From a virus, in the IMG/VR virus record IMGVR_UViG_2718217807_000006: DNA of 64,000 nucleotides; one strand, 5' to 3'. Positions 28,048-35,756 of this stretch are shown here, in pieces. The notes under the pieces are model-generated. The model was not told the DNA's origin. It made no database searches and was given only the letters and a program-made list of their open reading frames with translations. The first letter of the stretch is position 1. Each line of letters opens with the position of its first letter. The translations under genes were made by a program, and so were the position numbers.

Positions 28048-29956
28048 GTGCGCCGGGAGACCGGTAGAGATCAAGGGGTGAAAGTCCCCGACCATTGAAG
28101 GACCAGCAATCCACAAGGTCCCCGAGTCATGCGTTGCATACCGCGAGGTATGGGGCGAAGCGTTGACAGGGGTGTTGACAGGCCAGCCATTGAGCCACGA
28201 AATGTATATTAAATTACCGGGTGCCGACGTTGTACTGTTAACGGAAGGCAACATCATAGGGTGCGATACTGCGAGTGCCACATGGACCCGGCGGGGTCTG
28301 AGACCCTGGCATGTCAATACGATCTCTACGCGGGAACCGGGAGATCTCCCCTCTGACCATCTGCCAGTGTCGGAGATGGCCCGCACCGGGAAGACGAGGA
28401 GTCATAGCCGGTGATGTACGGAGAGGAGAAGTCGGACTCGCTCATAGTAGCGGCGAAGCAGGCGAACAACCCGAAAGGAGCGGAGTCAGTGGAGCGAAGG
28501 AGCGGGGCCAAGGGGAACGCGGAACAGCCACACATGCGCCGGACACAGAGCCGGGAAAGCATGTCACAGAGGCTGTCACGCGTGCGGGAAGCTGCGAAGC
28601 AGCGGAAGAAAGAACGGTTTACAGCATTGTTCCACCTGCTGACAGTCGAAGCACTGGAAGCCGCATTCCTCTCCCTGAGCAGGAAAGCGGCCGCCGGAGT
28701 GGATGGCATCAGGTGGATGGACTACGCCGGAAACATGAAGAACAACATAACAGATCTGCACCGGAGGCTACATCAGGGCAGCTACAGGGCGCAGCCCGGC
28801 AGGCGTCACTACATCCCAAAAGCGGATGGAAAACAACGCCCGCTCGGCATCGCCTCGCTGGAGGACAAGATCGTCCAGTATGCGCTGGTGAAAATCCTGA
28901 ACGCAGTCTATGAAAACGACTTTATGGGGTTCTCATACGGGTTCAGACCCGGGCGAAGCCAGCACGATGCACTGGACGCACTGGCCACAGGGCTGGTACG
29001 CACTAACGTAAACTGGGTACTGGATGCCGACATCAGTCAGTTCTTTGACAGGGTGAGCCACGAATGGCTGATCAGGTTCACAGAGCATCGGATCGGCGAC
29101 CGGAGGGTAATCAGGCTCATACGTAAGTGGCTCACAGCCGGGACGTCGGAGGAGGGTCAATGGCGAGCAACGGAGGAAGGCACCCCACAGGGTGCGGTCA
29201 TCTCACCGCTGCTGGCAAACATATACCTCCACTACGTCTTCGATCTGTGGGCGCATCAGTGGCGACGTCGCTATGCCACAGGCAATGTGGTAATGGTCAG
29301 ATACGCCGATGACATCGTCATCGGGTTCGACAAACGATACGATGCCCGGCGCTTCCGTATAGCCATGCAGCGCAGACTGAGGGAGTTCGGACTCACGGTT
29401 CACCCGGAGAAAACCCGTCTGATGGAGTTCGGCCGCTTCGCTGCCGAAAACCGTGCCATCAGGGGAAAAGGCAAACCAGAAACGTTCAACTTCCTCGGGT
29501 TCACGCACATCAGCGGGAAAGATCGCAACGGCAGGTTCATGCTGATACGAAAGACCCGCCGGGATCGGATGACGGCAACTCTGAAAGCCATCAAAGACGG
29601 TCTGCGAAGGCGCTGGCATTACTCAATCCCCGAACAGGGAAAATGGCTCAGGAGAGTGGTTCAGGGATACCTGAACTATCACTCGGTACCGGGCAACTTC
29701 CCCACCATGCAGAAGTTCAGGACACACGTAACAAACCTCTGGCGCCGGGCGCTCAGGCGCAGGAGCCAGAAGGATGATACGACCTGGACGAAAGCAAACA
29801 AACTGGCAGCCGCATGGCTACCAAGGGTTCGGGTTCTTCATCCATGGCCTGTGGAGCGGTTCACCGCCAGACACCCGAGGCAGGAGCCCGGTGCGTAAAT
29901 CGCGCACGCCGGGATCTGTGCGGGGGGTATCCGGTAACGGGTATCCCTACCGCGAC
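28048..29956 (+). mobile_element. Group II intron, full length (~1.9 kb)
   Basis: 5' GTGCG; domain V/VI GAGCCCGGTGCGTAAATCGCGCACGCCGGGATC...CCCTACCGCGAC ending in AC; internal RT ORF. Confidence 0.95.
28414..29898 (+). CDS. ltrA: Group II intron reverse transcriptase/maturase (no endonuclease domain)
   Basis: YIPKADGKQRPLGI, SYGFRPGRS, GTPQGAVISPLLANIYLH, RYADD, FNFLGFT. Confidence 0.95.
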   Translation: MYGEEKSDSLIVAAKQANNPKGAESVERRSGAKGNAEQPHMRRTQSRESMSQRLSRVREAAKQRKKERFTALFHLLTVEALEAAFLSLSRKAAAGVDGIRWMDYAGNMKNNITDLHRRLHQGSYRAQPGRRHYIPKADGKQRPLGIASLEDKIVQYALVKILNAVYENDFMGFSYGFRPGRSQHDALDALATGLVRTNVNWVLDADISQFFDRVSHEWLIRFTEHRIGDRRVIRLIRKWLTAGTSEEGQWRATEEGTPQGAVISPLLANIYLHYVFDLWAHQWRRRYATGNVVMVRYADDIVIGFDKRYDARRFRIAMQRRLREFGLTVHPEKTRLMEFGRFAAENRAIRGKGKPETFNFLGFTHISGKDRNGRFMLIRKTRRDRMTATLKAIKDGLRRRWHYSIPEQGKWLRRVVQGYLNYHSVPGNFPTMQKFRTHVTNLWRRALRRRSQKDDTTWTKANKLAAAWLPRVRVLHPWPVERFTARHPRQEPGA

Positions 29957-29975
29957 ATTTTTGAGGGTAGGGATC

Positions 29976-30215
29976 ATGCTCAGACAATCAGACATCAACC
30001 AGGCCTTTCGGGAGTCGATTCTTCGTAACTCGAAAGGCTACCAGTATCTGCACACGGTGGATTTTGTTTCATCTATACAGCAACGAGGCATTCACTTTTC
30101 ATACTCAGAAGCTAACCGATGGATAGAGCGCTATCAAAGCTGCTTCGCTGACAAAACGCCGGACCACACCGAAAACAGGCTTTGGATTTTAAGGAATATG
30201 GGGAGGATCATGTAA
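29976..30215 (+). CDS. Small prophage SOS-operon protein (79 aa)
   Basis: RBS-like GAGGGTAGGG before ATG; MLRQSDINQAFRESILRNSKGYQYL...; coupled to the next gene. Confidence 0.7.
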   Translation: MLRQSDINQAFRESILRNSKGYQYLHTVDFVSSIQQRGIHFSYSEANRWIERYQSCFADKTPDHTENRLWILRNMGRIM

Positions 30216-30544
30216 TGATGGTAAGTTCGTTTCCTTCACCTGCTGCCGACTATGTTGAGCAGAGACTGACTGTCACGGCTGCGTGCAATATTGGCGCGAA
30301 CTCTCAGGTTATACAGACAGATCGAGGCTATGTCGTTCTCGATTTGTCGCTGAAGGTGACGCAAGGAAGCGTCCTGCTTATCCGCCTGGCTGGCGAACTG
30401 CAGTTTGCAAAATTGATGGGGCGTTCTTTTATCACTGTCGAAGGTGAATCGATAGAAGGAGAGGCGATGGAAGATGTTGAAGTGTTGGGGGTGGCTACGC
30501 ACGCGATCAACGACTTTAGGCAGGACGATAGTCCAATAATTTAG
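30215..30544 (+). CDS. UmuD'-like truncated S24-family protein
   Basis: FPSPAADYVEQRL N-terminus and VLGVATHAI C-terminus; no GDSM catalytic Ser motif. Confidence 0.75.
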   Translation: MMVSSFPSPAADYVEQRLTVTAACNIGANSQVIQTDRGYVVLDLSLKVTQGSVLLIRLAGELQFAKLMGRSFITVEGESIEGEAMEDVEVLGVATHAINDFRQDDSPII

Positions 30545-30667
30545 GATGAAAATCTTCGTAACTAAATGATATTGCACCTTCTAAATAGTTGATGATAAAG
30601 AATTTAAAATCACTGTGTTGTTATGAATAATATTGATATTGCTTTGATTTTAAAAGTAAAAGCGCAC

Positions 30668-30724
30668 GATTTAAAATCCCTCGGCGTTCGCGCTGTGCGG
30701 GTTCAAGTCCCGCTCCGGGTACCA
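30668..30724 (+). tRNA. leuZ: 3' fragment of tRNA-Leu(UAA), att duplication (not a full tRNA)
   Basis: GATTTAAAATCCCTCGGCGTTCGCGCTGTGCGGGTTCAAGTCCCGCTCCGGGTACCA matches the leuZ 3' half; 5' half absent. Confidence 0.92.
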
Positions 30725-30791
30725 TTGGGATAAAAGCAGAATAATCAAAGCAATAAGCAGTGTCGTGAAACCACCTACGGGTGGTTTTTTT
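30725..30791 (+). ncRNA. leuZ 3' external transcribed spacer (3'ETS-leuZ-like sRNA sponge) with terminator
   Basis: AATCAAAGCAATAAGCAGTGTCGTG followed by aaaccacc-tacg-ggtggttttttt. Confidence 0.75.
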
Positions 30792-30811
30792 GTGCCTGCA
30801 ATTTAGGGTAG

Positions 30812-30840
30812 TGGCAGCAAAATGGCAGCAGGGTGGCAGC
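30812..30840 (+). repeat. Three TGGCAGC direct repeats at 11-bp period, putative integrase arm-binding sites
   Basis: Copies at 30812, 30823 and 30834, between the att and the integrase stop. Confidence 0.7.
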
Positions 30841-30857
30841 GCTGCTTTTCTCCTTGA

Positions 30858-31865
30858 TTACTTGACCCCCTCGCGATTATCAAATGGATTTAACGCAATA
30901 GCCGCATCGAGATGATTAGGGGCGAAATGCGCATACCTCATCGTCATCATGATCGTACTGTGCCCGAGTATCTGCTGAAGCACTAAAATATTCCCCCCAC
31001 GCATCATAAAGTGACTCGCAAAGGTATGGCGCAGTACATGGGTGCGCTGACCCTTTGGCAACTCAATAGCAGCCCTTGTAAGCGCTGATTTGAAGGCTTC
31101 GTATGCTGGCGCGAAAAGCGCTCCGCGTTTTTTGGGTAGCAACTTCTGTAGTTGTTCAGAAATGGGCACAGTTCGATTTTTTTTGCTTTTGGTCTGCGTG
31201 AACGTCAACCTACCCGGCAGAATCTGAGATTGCTTTAAATCCTGCGCCTCGCTCCACCTTGCGCCGGTCGCCAGGCATATTCGCACAATGATACCTAAAT
31301 CCTTGTTTGCCGATTGATCGCAGGCCGTTAAAAGTCGCTCTATCTCATCCTCGTAGAGAAAGGCCAGCTCCTGATCACCCTCCTTGAATTGTCTAATGCC
31401 CGATAGCGGGTTATCGCCTTCCCATTCGCCCAGCCGCTTCATCTCTGAAAAAACCGCGTGCAGGTATGACTGTTCGCGATTTACTGTCGCTTCACTGAGT
31501 TTCTTTTTCCCTTTCTGATTCCATTCACCGGCCATACGTTTTTCGCGATAAACCGCAAAGGTATTTTTATCGAAGTGAGAGGCGAGGGGATTGCCCAAGC
31601 GCTCGCAGATCGCCAGAAGCTTCACCTTGCGTTCATCACCAGATGTTAGCGTTTTGCCGTGCATTTCATACCAGCGCTCTACGAAAGCAGTAAGCGTCAC
31701 CGCGTTATCGCTTAACTCCTGGTGGGATGCGTTATTCATGGTGCGGCGCTCATAGGAGAGCGCTTCACCTTTGGTGGCGAACTGCTTGCGAATACGCTTC
31801 CCATCACGACCATATGGGAAGCACTGGCACAGCCATTTGCCAGAGGGGAGTTTTTTAACTGACAA
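30858..31865 (-). CDS. int: Tyrosine integrase (P2/HP1-like)
   Basis: LATGARWSE, HVLRHTFASHF, ILGHSTIMMTMRYAH. Confidence 0.97.
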   Translation of the reverse strand: MSVKKLPSGKWLCQCFPYGRDGKRIRKQFATKGEALSYERRTMNNASHQELSDNAVTLTAFVERWYEMHGKTLTSGDERKVKLLAICERLGNPLASHFDKNTFAVYREKRMAGEWNQKGKKKLSEATVNREQSYLHAVFSEMKRLGEWEGDNPLSGIRQFKEGDQELAFLYEDEIERLLTACDQSANKDLGIIVRICLATGARWSEAQDLKQSQILPGRLTFTQTKSKKNRTVPISEQLQKLLPKKRGALFAPAYEAFKSALTRAAIELPKGQRTHVLRHTFASHFMMRGGNILVLQQILGHSTIMMTMRYAHFAPNHLDAAIALNPFDNREGVK

Positions 31866-31877
31866 TCAATATGCCTG

Positions 31878-32285
31878 TTATTTGAGGAGAAATATTTTAG
31901 CAGCCCAGAGCAACAGCCCACCCACTAAGCCAACGGTCAAAGGTATCCAAATTGAGCGACTGATTGAACTGATTTCCTTAGATAATTCAGCCTTGGCTTT
32001 ATAGATTTCTGTTCGGACACTCTCAACATCAGATTTAGTCGCGAATGCTTCTGAACGGGTAACCAAAGCATCCAAAGTAGATTTGGAAGCAAAATTCTCA
32101 GACCTTGCTGTTAGTGTCGCAAGGTCGATTTTAATCTGTGCTATGTTTTCTTCAGTGCGTTCTACTCGTTTTTTCAGGTCGTCCATATCGTTCCCCCCAT
32201 CACCGCCATTAGACCCCCCGTTTTTCCACTTATCACGAGGAAAGTCGATGATAGTCGACTCAATCGTTTGTGTGTTATTTGCCAT
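31878..32285 (-). CDS. Coiled-coil protein with C-terminal TM (CCDC90/DUF1640-like)
   Basis: FASKS/FATKSDV motifs, heptads, C-terminal TM. Confidence 0.7.
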   Translation of the reverse strand: MANNTQTIESTIIDFPRDKWKNGGSNGGDGGNDMDDLKKRVERTEENIAQIKIDLATLTARSENFASKSTLDALVTRSEAFATKSDVESVRTEIYKAKAELSKEISSISRSIWIPLTVGLVGGLLLWAAKIFLLK

Positions 32286-32637
32286 CAGTTCCTTCCTTGT
32301 CCTGCTCTATCCAGTTTAACACCGGATAAATTGCATAATGGCTAGTGAATCCGCAGTTCTTGCATATCAAGCGATATTGGTAGTTGAGTATTGAGTTAGG
32401 AGGTTCGAACGTTTCAATTTTTACATAGCTAATGTAGGCACTACTGGAGGTGCCATCTGGCCCAACATTCAGAACCTGTGTTTGGGGTATCCCGATATCT
32501 AGGCTAGAGCAATTTAAGCACCTGATTTCCTTACCAACTCGAAGATCCAAAAACTCCGCAAACAATTCTGGTGTTACCTTTCTTAACCGTATACGCAGAG
32601 AACTTAGTAAGTCAGCCTGCCTTTCTTGTTCATTCAT
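32275..32637 (-). CDS. Zinc-ribbon protein (CxxC...CxxC)
   Basis: CLNC and CKNCG; overlaps the next gene. Confidence 0.7.
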   Translation of the reverse strand: MNEQERQADLLSSLRIRLRKVTPELFAEFLDLRVGKEIRCLNCSSLDIGIPQTQVLNVGPDGTSSSAYISYVKIETFEPPNSILNYQYRLICKNCGFTSHYAIYPVLNWIEQDKEGTDGK

Positions 32638-32663
32638 TTGGATTCAAGCCTTGATTTTGAAAA

Positions 32664-32909
32664 TTATGGGATGTACTCAAGCTGCTGATTTTTTACAAGG
32701 CGATACCATTCATCAGGCTCATACTCATAGGAAAGTGCGGACATATCATCTTCATCGCCTTCATTAACTACCGTTGCGAGGAAGTAGATATCATCATCAT
32801 CACCATCATCAACGACATGTACTTCGGTGACGACAAGTCTTACGTAGGGATCAGTCCTAGATACGTAAAGCCCTTCCTTGGGGATAATTGTTTCATTATT
32901 CATTACCAT
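32664..32909 (-). CDS. Small acidic hypothetical protein
   Basis: 81-aa ORF with RBS AAGGA. Confidence 0.6.
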   Translation of the reverse strand: MVMNNETIIPKEGLYVSRTDPYVRLVVTEVHVVDDGDDDDIYFLATVVNEGDEDDMSALSYEYEPDEWYRLVKNQQLEYIP

Positions 32910-32930
32910 ATCCTTTTGCTGTGTGAGTAA

Positions 32931-33560
32931 TTAAAAAAGCAGGGCTCCTAACAACACACCTGCTATAAACATAAGTCCAATTTCTCTTGGGTAGGCCTGC
33001 AGTAACGTGGCGAAACCAAGTCGAGATACAACTGGCTCAGGAAGAGGCAGGGTAGCAGCTTGTACTTGCTGATCCAGCCATGAAATAGCCATCTGAAGTT
33101 GGGCGCGGGTAAGGTCGTTTAATCTGCCTGTTCCAAAATTGACATGGCAGTAATGGATTAGCTTTTGCCGCAACTCACTATCCTCACTATTACGTAGCAA
33201 GAGGCTGACCAGCGCCTTACTTGCATCCCTATCCTTGACGCGCTCAATCATAGCCTGTAAATAGCTGATCGCAGTTTGGTATTGATTGACAGTCATTTCC
33301 TCAATACTGGAAACGCCTATTTCAGCATGCAACTTTTGCCAAATCTCATATGCTTCGCCACCACATGTAGCGGATACTGTTGCAACGAGAGTGTTAAGCT
33401 CTTTGCGTTGTGCTTTTACTAGTGGCCGTTCATCATGCTTTTCCGATGGAATTGCGATGTTAATTGTGTGACGACCATCAAATTTATCTATCTGGATATT
33501 GTTCTCATTGAAATCACGACCTGAGATACGATTTTGATTACCAGTAGAATTAACATCCAT
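32931..33560 (-). CDS. Flk-like membrane-anchored protein with N-terminal N/G-rich motif
   Basis: DERPLVKAQRKELNTLV...EIWQKL and FGTGRLNDLTRAQLQ resemble the Flk helical repeats as recalled; C-terminal TM. Confidence 0.7.
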   Translation of the reverse strand: MDVNSTGNQNRISGRDFNENNIQIDKFDGRHTINIAIPSEKHDERPLVKAQRKELNTLVATVSATCGGEAYEIWQKLHAEIGVSSIEEMTVNQYQTAISYLQAMIERVKDRDASKALVSLLLRNSEDSELRQKLIHYCHVNFGTGRLNDLTRAQLQMAISWLDQQVQAATLPLPEPVVSRLGFATLLQAYPREIGLMFIAGVLLGALLF

Positions 33561-33569
33561 GTTCGACCC

Positions 33570-33962
33570 TTACTTTTTGTTTTCGTTGTAATCCCTTCCC
33601 GCTACTCGGTTACCCTGACCTGAAACGTTGATAGAACCTGATGCAGAGTTGCCTGCGGTGAGCGCCGCCATGGCGGCGGCCTTAATTGCGAGAGGCGCAG
33701 CCCTAAAGTGATTTATTAGCTCCAACTCGTCTCGCGTAAGCGTGGTACCGCCACCTTCTTCGCCGGTCAAAATGTATTGAACGTTTGCACCGTTGATTGC
33801 GAAAGAGAGCAAAACATCTCCTCCCGGAACCATTGTTCCGCGCTCATATTTTCCCCAAGTTTCACGAGAAACCCCGCATAGGGCTGCGGCGTCAGCCTGA
33901 TTAAGGGATAGGCGCTTTCTTTCAAATTTCAATCTTGATATGCATTGAGATGTAAAGCTCAC
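33570..33962 (-). CDS. Immunity repressor, XRE/HTH, with C-terminal N/G-rich motif
   Basis: GTG 33962 after RBS AAGGTGG; RLKFERKRLSLNQADAAALCGVSRETWGKYERG HTH; divergent from early genes. Confidence 0.9.
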   Translation of the reverse strand: MSFTSQCISRLKFERKRLSLNQADAAALCGVSRETWGKYERGTMVPGGDVLLSFAINGANVQYILTGEEGGGTTLTRDELELINHFRAAPLAIKAAAMAALTAGNSASGSINVSGQGNRVAGRDYNENKK

Positions 33963-33971
33963 ATGTCCACC

Positions 33972-34001
33972 TTGACAAAAGAGATCTATAGATCTCATAA
34001 T
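33972..34001 (+). promoter_or_regulatory. Early lytic promoter (TTGACA-18-CATAAT) with operator palindrome GAGATCTATAGATCTC (33981-33996)
   Basis: Perfect 16-bp palindrome in the promoter spacer between divergent genes. Confidence 0.8.
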
Positions 34002-34038
34002 GTTTTCACCAACACTTAGATGATCACAAGATACCACT

Positions 34039-34251
34039 ATGACACAAGAAAAAAACCTACCACGGGCAAGGTTGCCGCGTGGCTCCAAAGGGAACGCCCG
34101 CATAGCGGTGCCGCTCACTGAGGGCGAGCGCGCAGATCTCGAAAAGATTTCTATCAAAGAATCTCGCACAGCAGCGAACATGGCCCGCCTGATTTATTTA
34201 CGCGGCCTGGAAGTTATTAAATCCGAACTGACAACCTCACCAGGAAACTGA
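34039..34251 (+). CDS. Ribbon-helix-helix-like regulator
   Basis: RIAVPLTEGERADLEKISIKESRTAANMARLIYLRGL strand-helix-helix pattern. Confidence 0.7.
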   Translation: MTQEKNLPRARLPRGSKGNARIAVPLTEGERADLEKISIKESRTAANMARLIYLRGLEVIKSELTTSPGN

Positions 34252-34253
34252 TT

Positions 34254-34496
34254 ATGAGCAAAAATACTAACGACAAACTTTGTCTGGGTAAGCCAAAGGT
34301 AATTGATGGCTCCACTTTGGCGATGGGACTTTATTCCAAAAGAACAGGACGTTTAGGTCAGGTGTTAATTTCAGTTAATACTGTTGCCATCTACGGAGGT
34401 GCGGTTGAAACGCCGCCAGAGTTAATGGGAAAGCTCAAAGAACTATTGACTCCTGAAAAAATCACAAGTTTTAAACAGCAGGAAAAGAATTATTAA
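34254..34496 (+). CDS. Hypothetical early protein
   Basis: 80-aa ORF tightly packed in the operon. Confidence 0.55.
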   Translation: MSKNTNDKLCLGKPKVIDGSTLAMGLYSKRTGRLGQVLISVNTVAIYGGAVETPPELMGKLKELLTPEKITSFKQQEKNY

Positions 34497-34518
34497 TTCC
34501 GTGACTGGAGGGAGTTAA

Positions 34519-34722
34519 ATGTCAGGTGTAATTATTAATTTAAATGTTGCTGCGCCTTATTTATCTCTGAAGGAGTATTCAAAGGTCACGGGTATTCCGT
34601 TTGAGACATGCCGAGGTATGGTGAAGGATGGGCGGATCATCATCCGACCTAAGGAGCTTTCAGGGGGCAAGGTTGAAGTAAATATGATTGCCATGCTCAA
34701 AGATGCTATAGCAAACAGCTGA
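34519..34722 (+). CDS. cox: Cox/Apl-like excisionase-repressor
   Basis: PYLSLKEYSKVTGIPFETCRGMVKDGRI...KVEVNMIAM. Confidence 0.8.
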   Translation: MSGVIINLNVAAPYLSLKEYSKVTGIPFETCRGMVKDGRIIIRPKELSGGKVEVNMIAMLKDAIANS

Positions 34723-34731
34723 CGGGGAAAA

Positions 34732-34935
34732 ATGAGCCAACTGATCCAACTAAGCCGACATAGTTATGTTTATCGGGGGTTCACTATTTATAAATGCCCA
34801 ATGAACAGCACGACTACGAGGCGCGCTTATTGTGTGTTAAATAATGACGATTACTTCGGACGTGATTTTGCATTAGCTGAAGCATGTAGAACGATAGACC
34901 GGATTGTTGCTAATCGCCGCTTTATTAATCATTAA
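34732..34935 (+). CDS. Small early protein (DUF4761-like)
   Basis: LIQLSRHSYVYRGFTI...YFGRDFALAEA. Confidence 0.6.
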   Translation: MSQLIQLSRHSYVYRGFTIYKCPMNSTTTRRAYCVLNNDDYFGRDFALAEACRTIDRIVANRRFINH

Positions 34936-34948
34936 GGAGAAATGAAAA

Positions 34949-35188
34949 ATGAAACGCCTTTATGCTGAGCAGATTAATAAAATGCTGGAGGATTATTATT
35001 TTAATCTGGAAAACAACCCGCAGGGCAGAGACTCCCACTATGGTGTTTTAGCGAGCGGCGTCCAGCATATCTATGGTGCTGCTTTTTGCCTGAATGATGA
35101 TGACACGCTATGTGAGCTTCGCCCTTTTGTAAACGCAGTAATGAATGGTGAAATACCATCCCCAATCTCTATAGAGATAGCTTTATGA
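34949..35188 (+). CDS. Hypothetical early protein
   Basis: RBS AAGGAG; 79-aa ORF. Confidence 0.6.
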   Translation: MKRLYAEQINKMLEDYYFNLENNPQGRDSHYGVLASGVQHIYGAAFCLNDDDTLCELRPFVNAVMNGEIPSPISIEIAL

Positions 35189-35463
35189 GTGTATTCAGCG
35201 AAGAAAGGTCATCATGGGAACGTGAAATGTTGATCCGCGAGGCGATAGAAAATGCTGAGCAGGGTTTCACTGTCCACCTGAGAAATGGTGCGCGTATTAC
35301 AGTTAGTTCTAACAGCCCGTCGATTGATATAATTATTTACGGTCTGGAGAAAGCAATTCGCGGAAATCATGAACGCGCACGAATAACCTTTATTGATTTT
35401 CTGTATCACTGGCACGAAAGGCTATTCAAGCTGGCTAAAAGAAAGCCGCGCCCTAACCACTAA
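35185..35463 (+). CDS. Hypothetical early protein
   Basis: ATGA overlap with the upstream gene. Confidence 0.6.
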   Translation: MSVFSEERSSWEREMLIREAIENAEQGFTVHLRNGARITVSSNSPSIDIIIYGLEKAIRGNHERARITFIDFLYHWHERLFKLAKRKPRPNH

Positions 35464-35531
35464 TTAACAAGCATTAAAAACAACGGCATTCATTTTGCCG
35501 GGGATTCATTTGGCCTTTTTCAGGAGGTTAC

Positions 35532-35756
35532 ATGTCGGTTACGTCAATAAAGCTGGAAGGTGGAATCAGCGATCCAGAGTTCATGGGAATAAGCACCACC
35601 GCGCGTAAAGGCGAGCGCGCCCACTTACTCGGATTGCTGCGCATCCGCATGGGCCTGCTGAAAGAGCAATGCCTTACCCCCGAAGAGATTTATTCAGCAC
35701 TTGAGCAGTGGATTGCCAACCACGAAACAATCACCAGCGAGGGCAGTAAACCATGA
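35532..35756 (+). CDS. Hypothetical early protein
   Basis: RBS AGGAGG; 74-aa ORF. Confidence 0.65.
   Translation: MSVTSIKLEGGISDPEFMGISTTARKGERAHLLGLLRIRMGLLKEQCLTPEEIYSALEQWIANHETITSEGSKP

Larger units (their letters stand above)
1..30724 (+). mobile_element. Prophage A: HK97/lambdoid prophage, right portion (left end outside window), ending at an att site in tRNA-Leu
   Basis: Canonical order RusA-Q-lysis-HNH-terS-terL-portal-protease-capsid-tail-tape measure-tail tip-RBPs, ending at a 3' tRNA fragment. Confidence 0.95.

Noticed and set aside
28311..28913. 200-aa alternative-frame ORF in the intron
   Set aside because: Overlaps the structured RNA and the RT in a GC-rich region; no recognisable motifs.
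26561..29898. RT next to tail-fibre genes as a diversity-generating retroelement or retron
   Set aside because: The RT has group II intron motifs (YADD, maturase region) inside GTGCG...AC boundaries with domain V; I saw no TR/VR pair or msr-msd.
30668..30724. Functional tRNA-Leu gene
   Set aside because: The 5' acceptor strand and D-arm are missing; it is an att duplication.
33963..34181. N-terminal extension of the repressor to 203 aa
   Set aside because: It would cross the divergent promoter and the RHH gene; the GTG at 33962 has an RBS and directly precedes the HTH.
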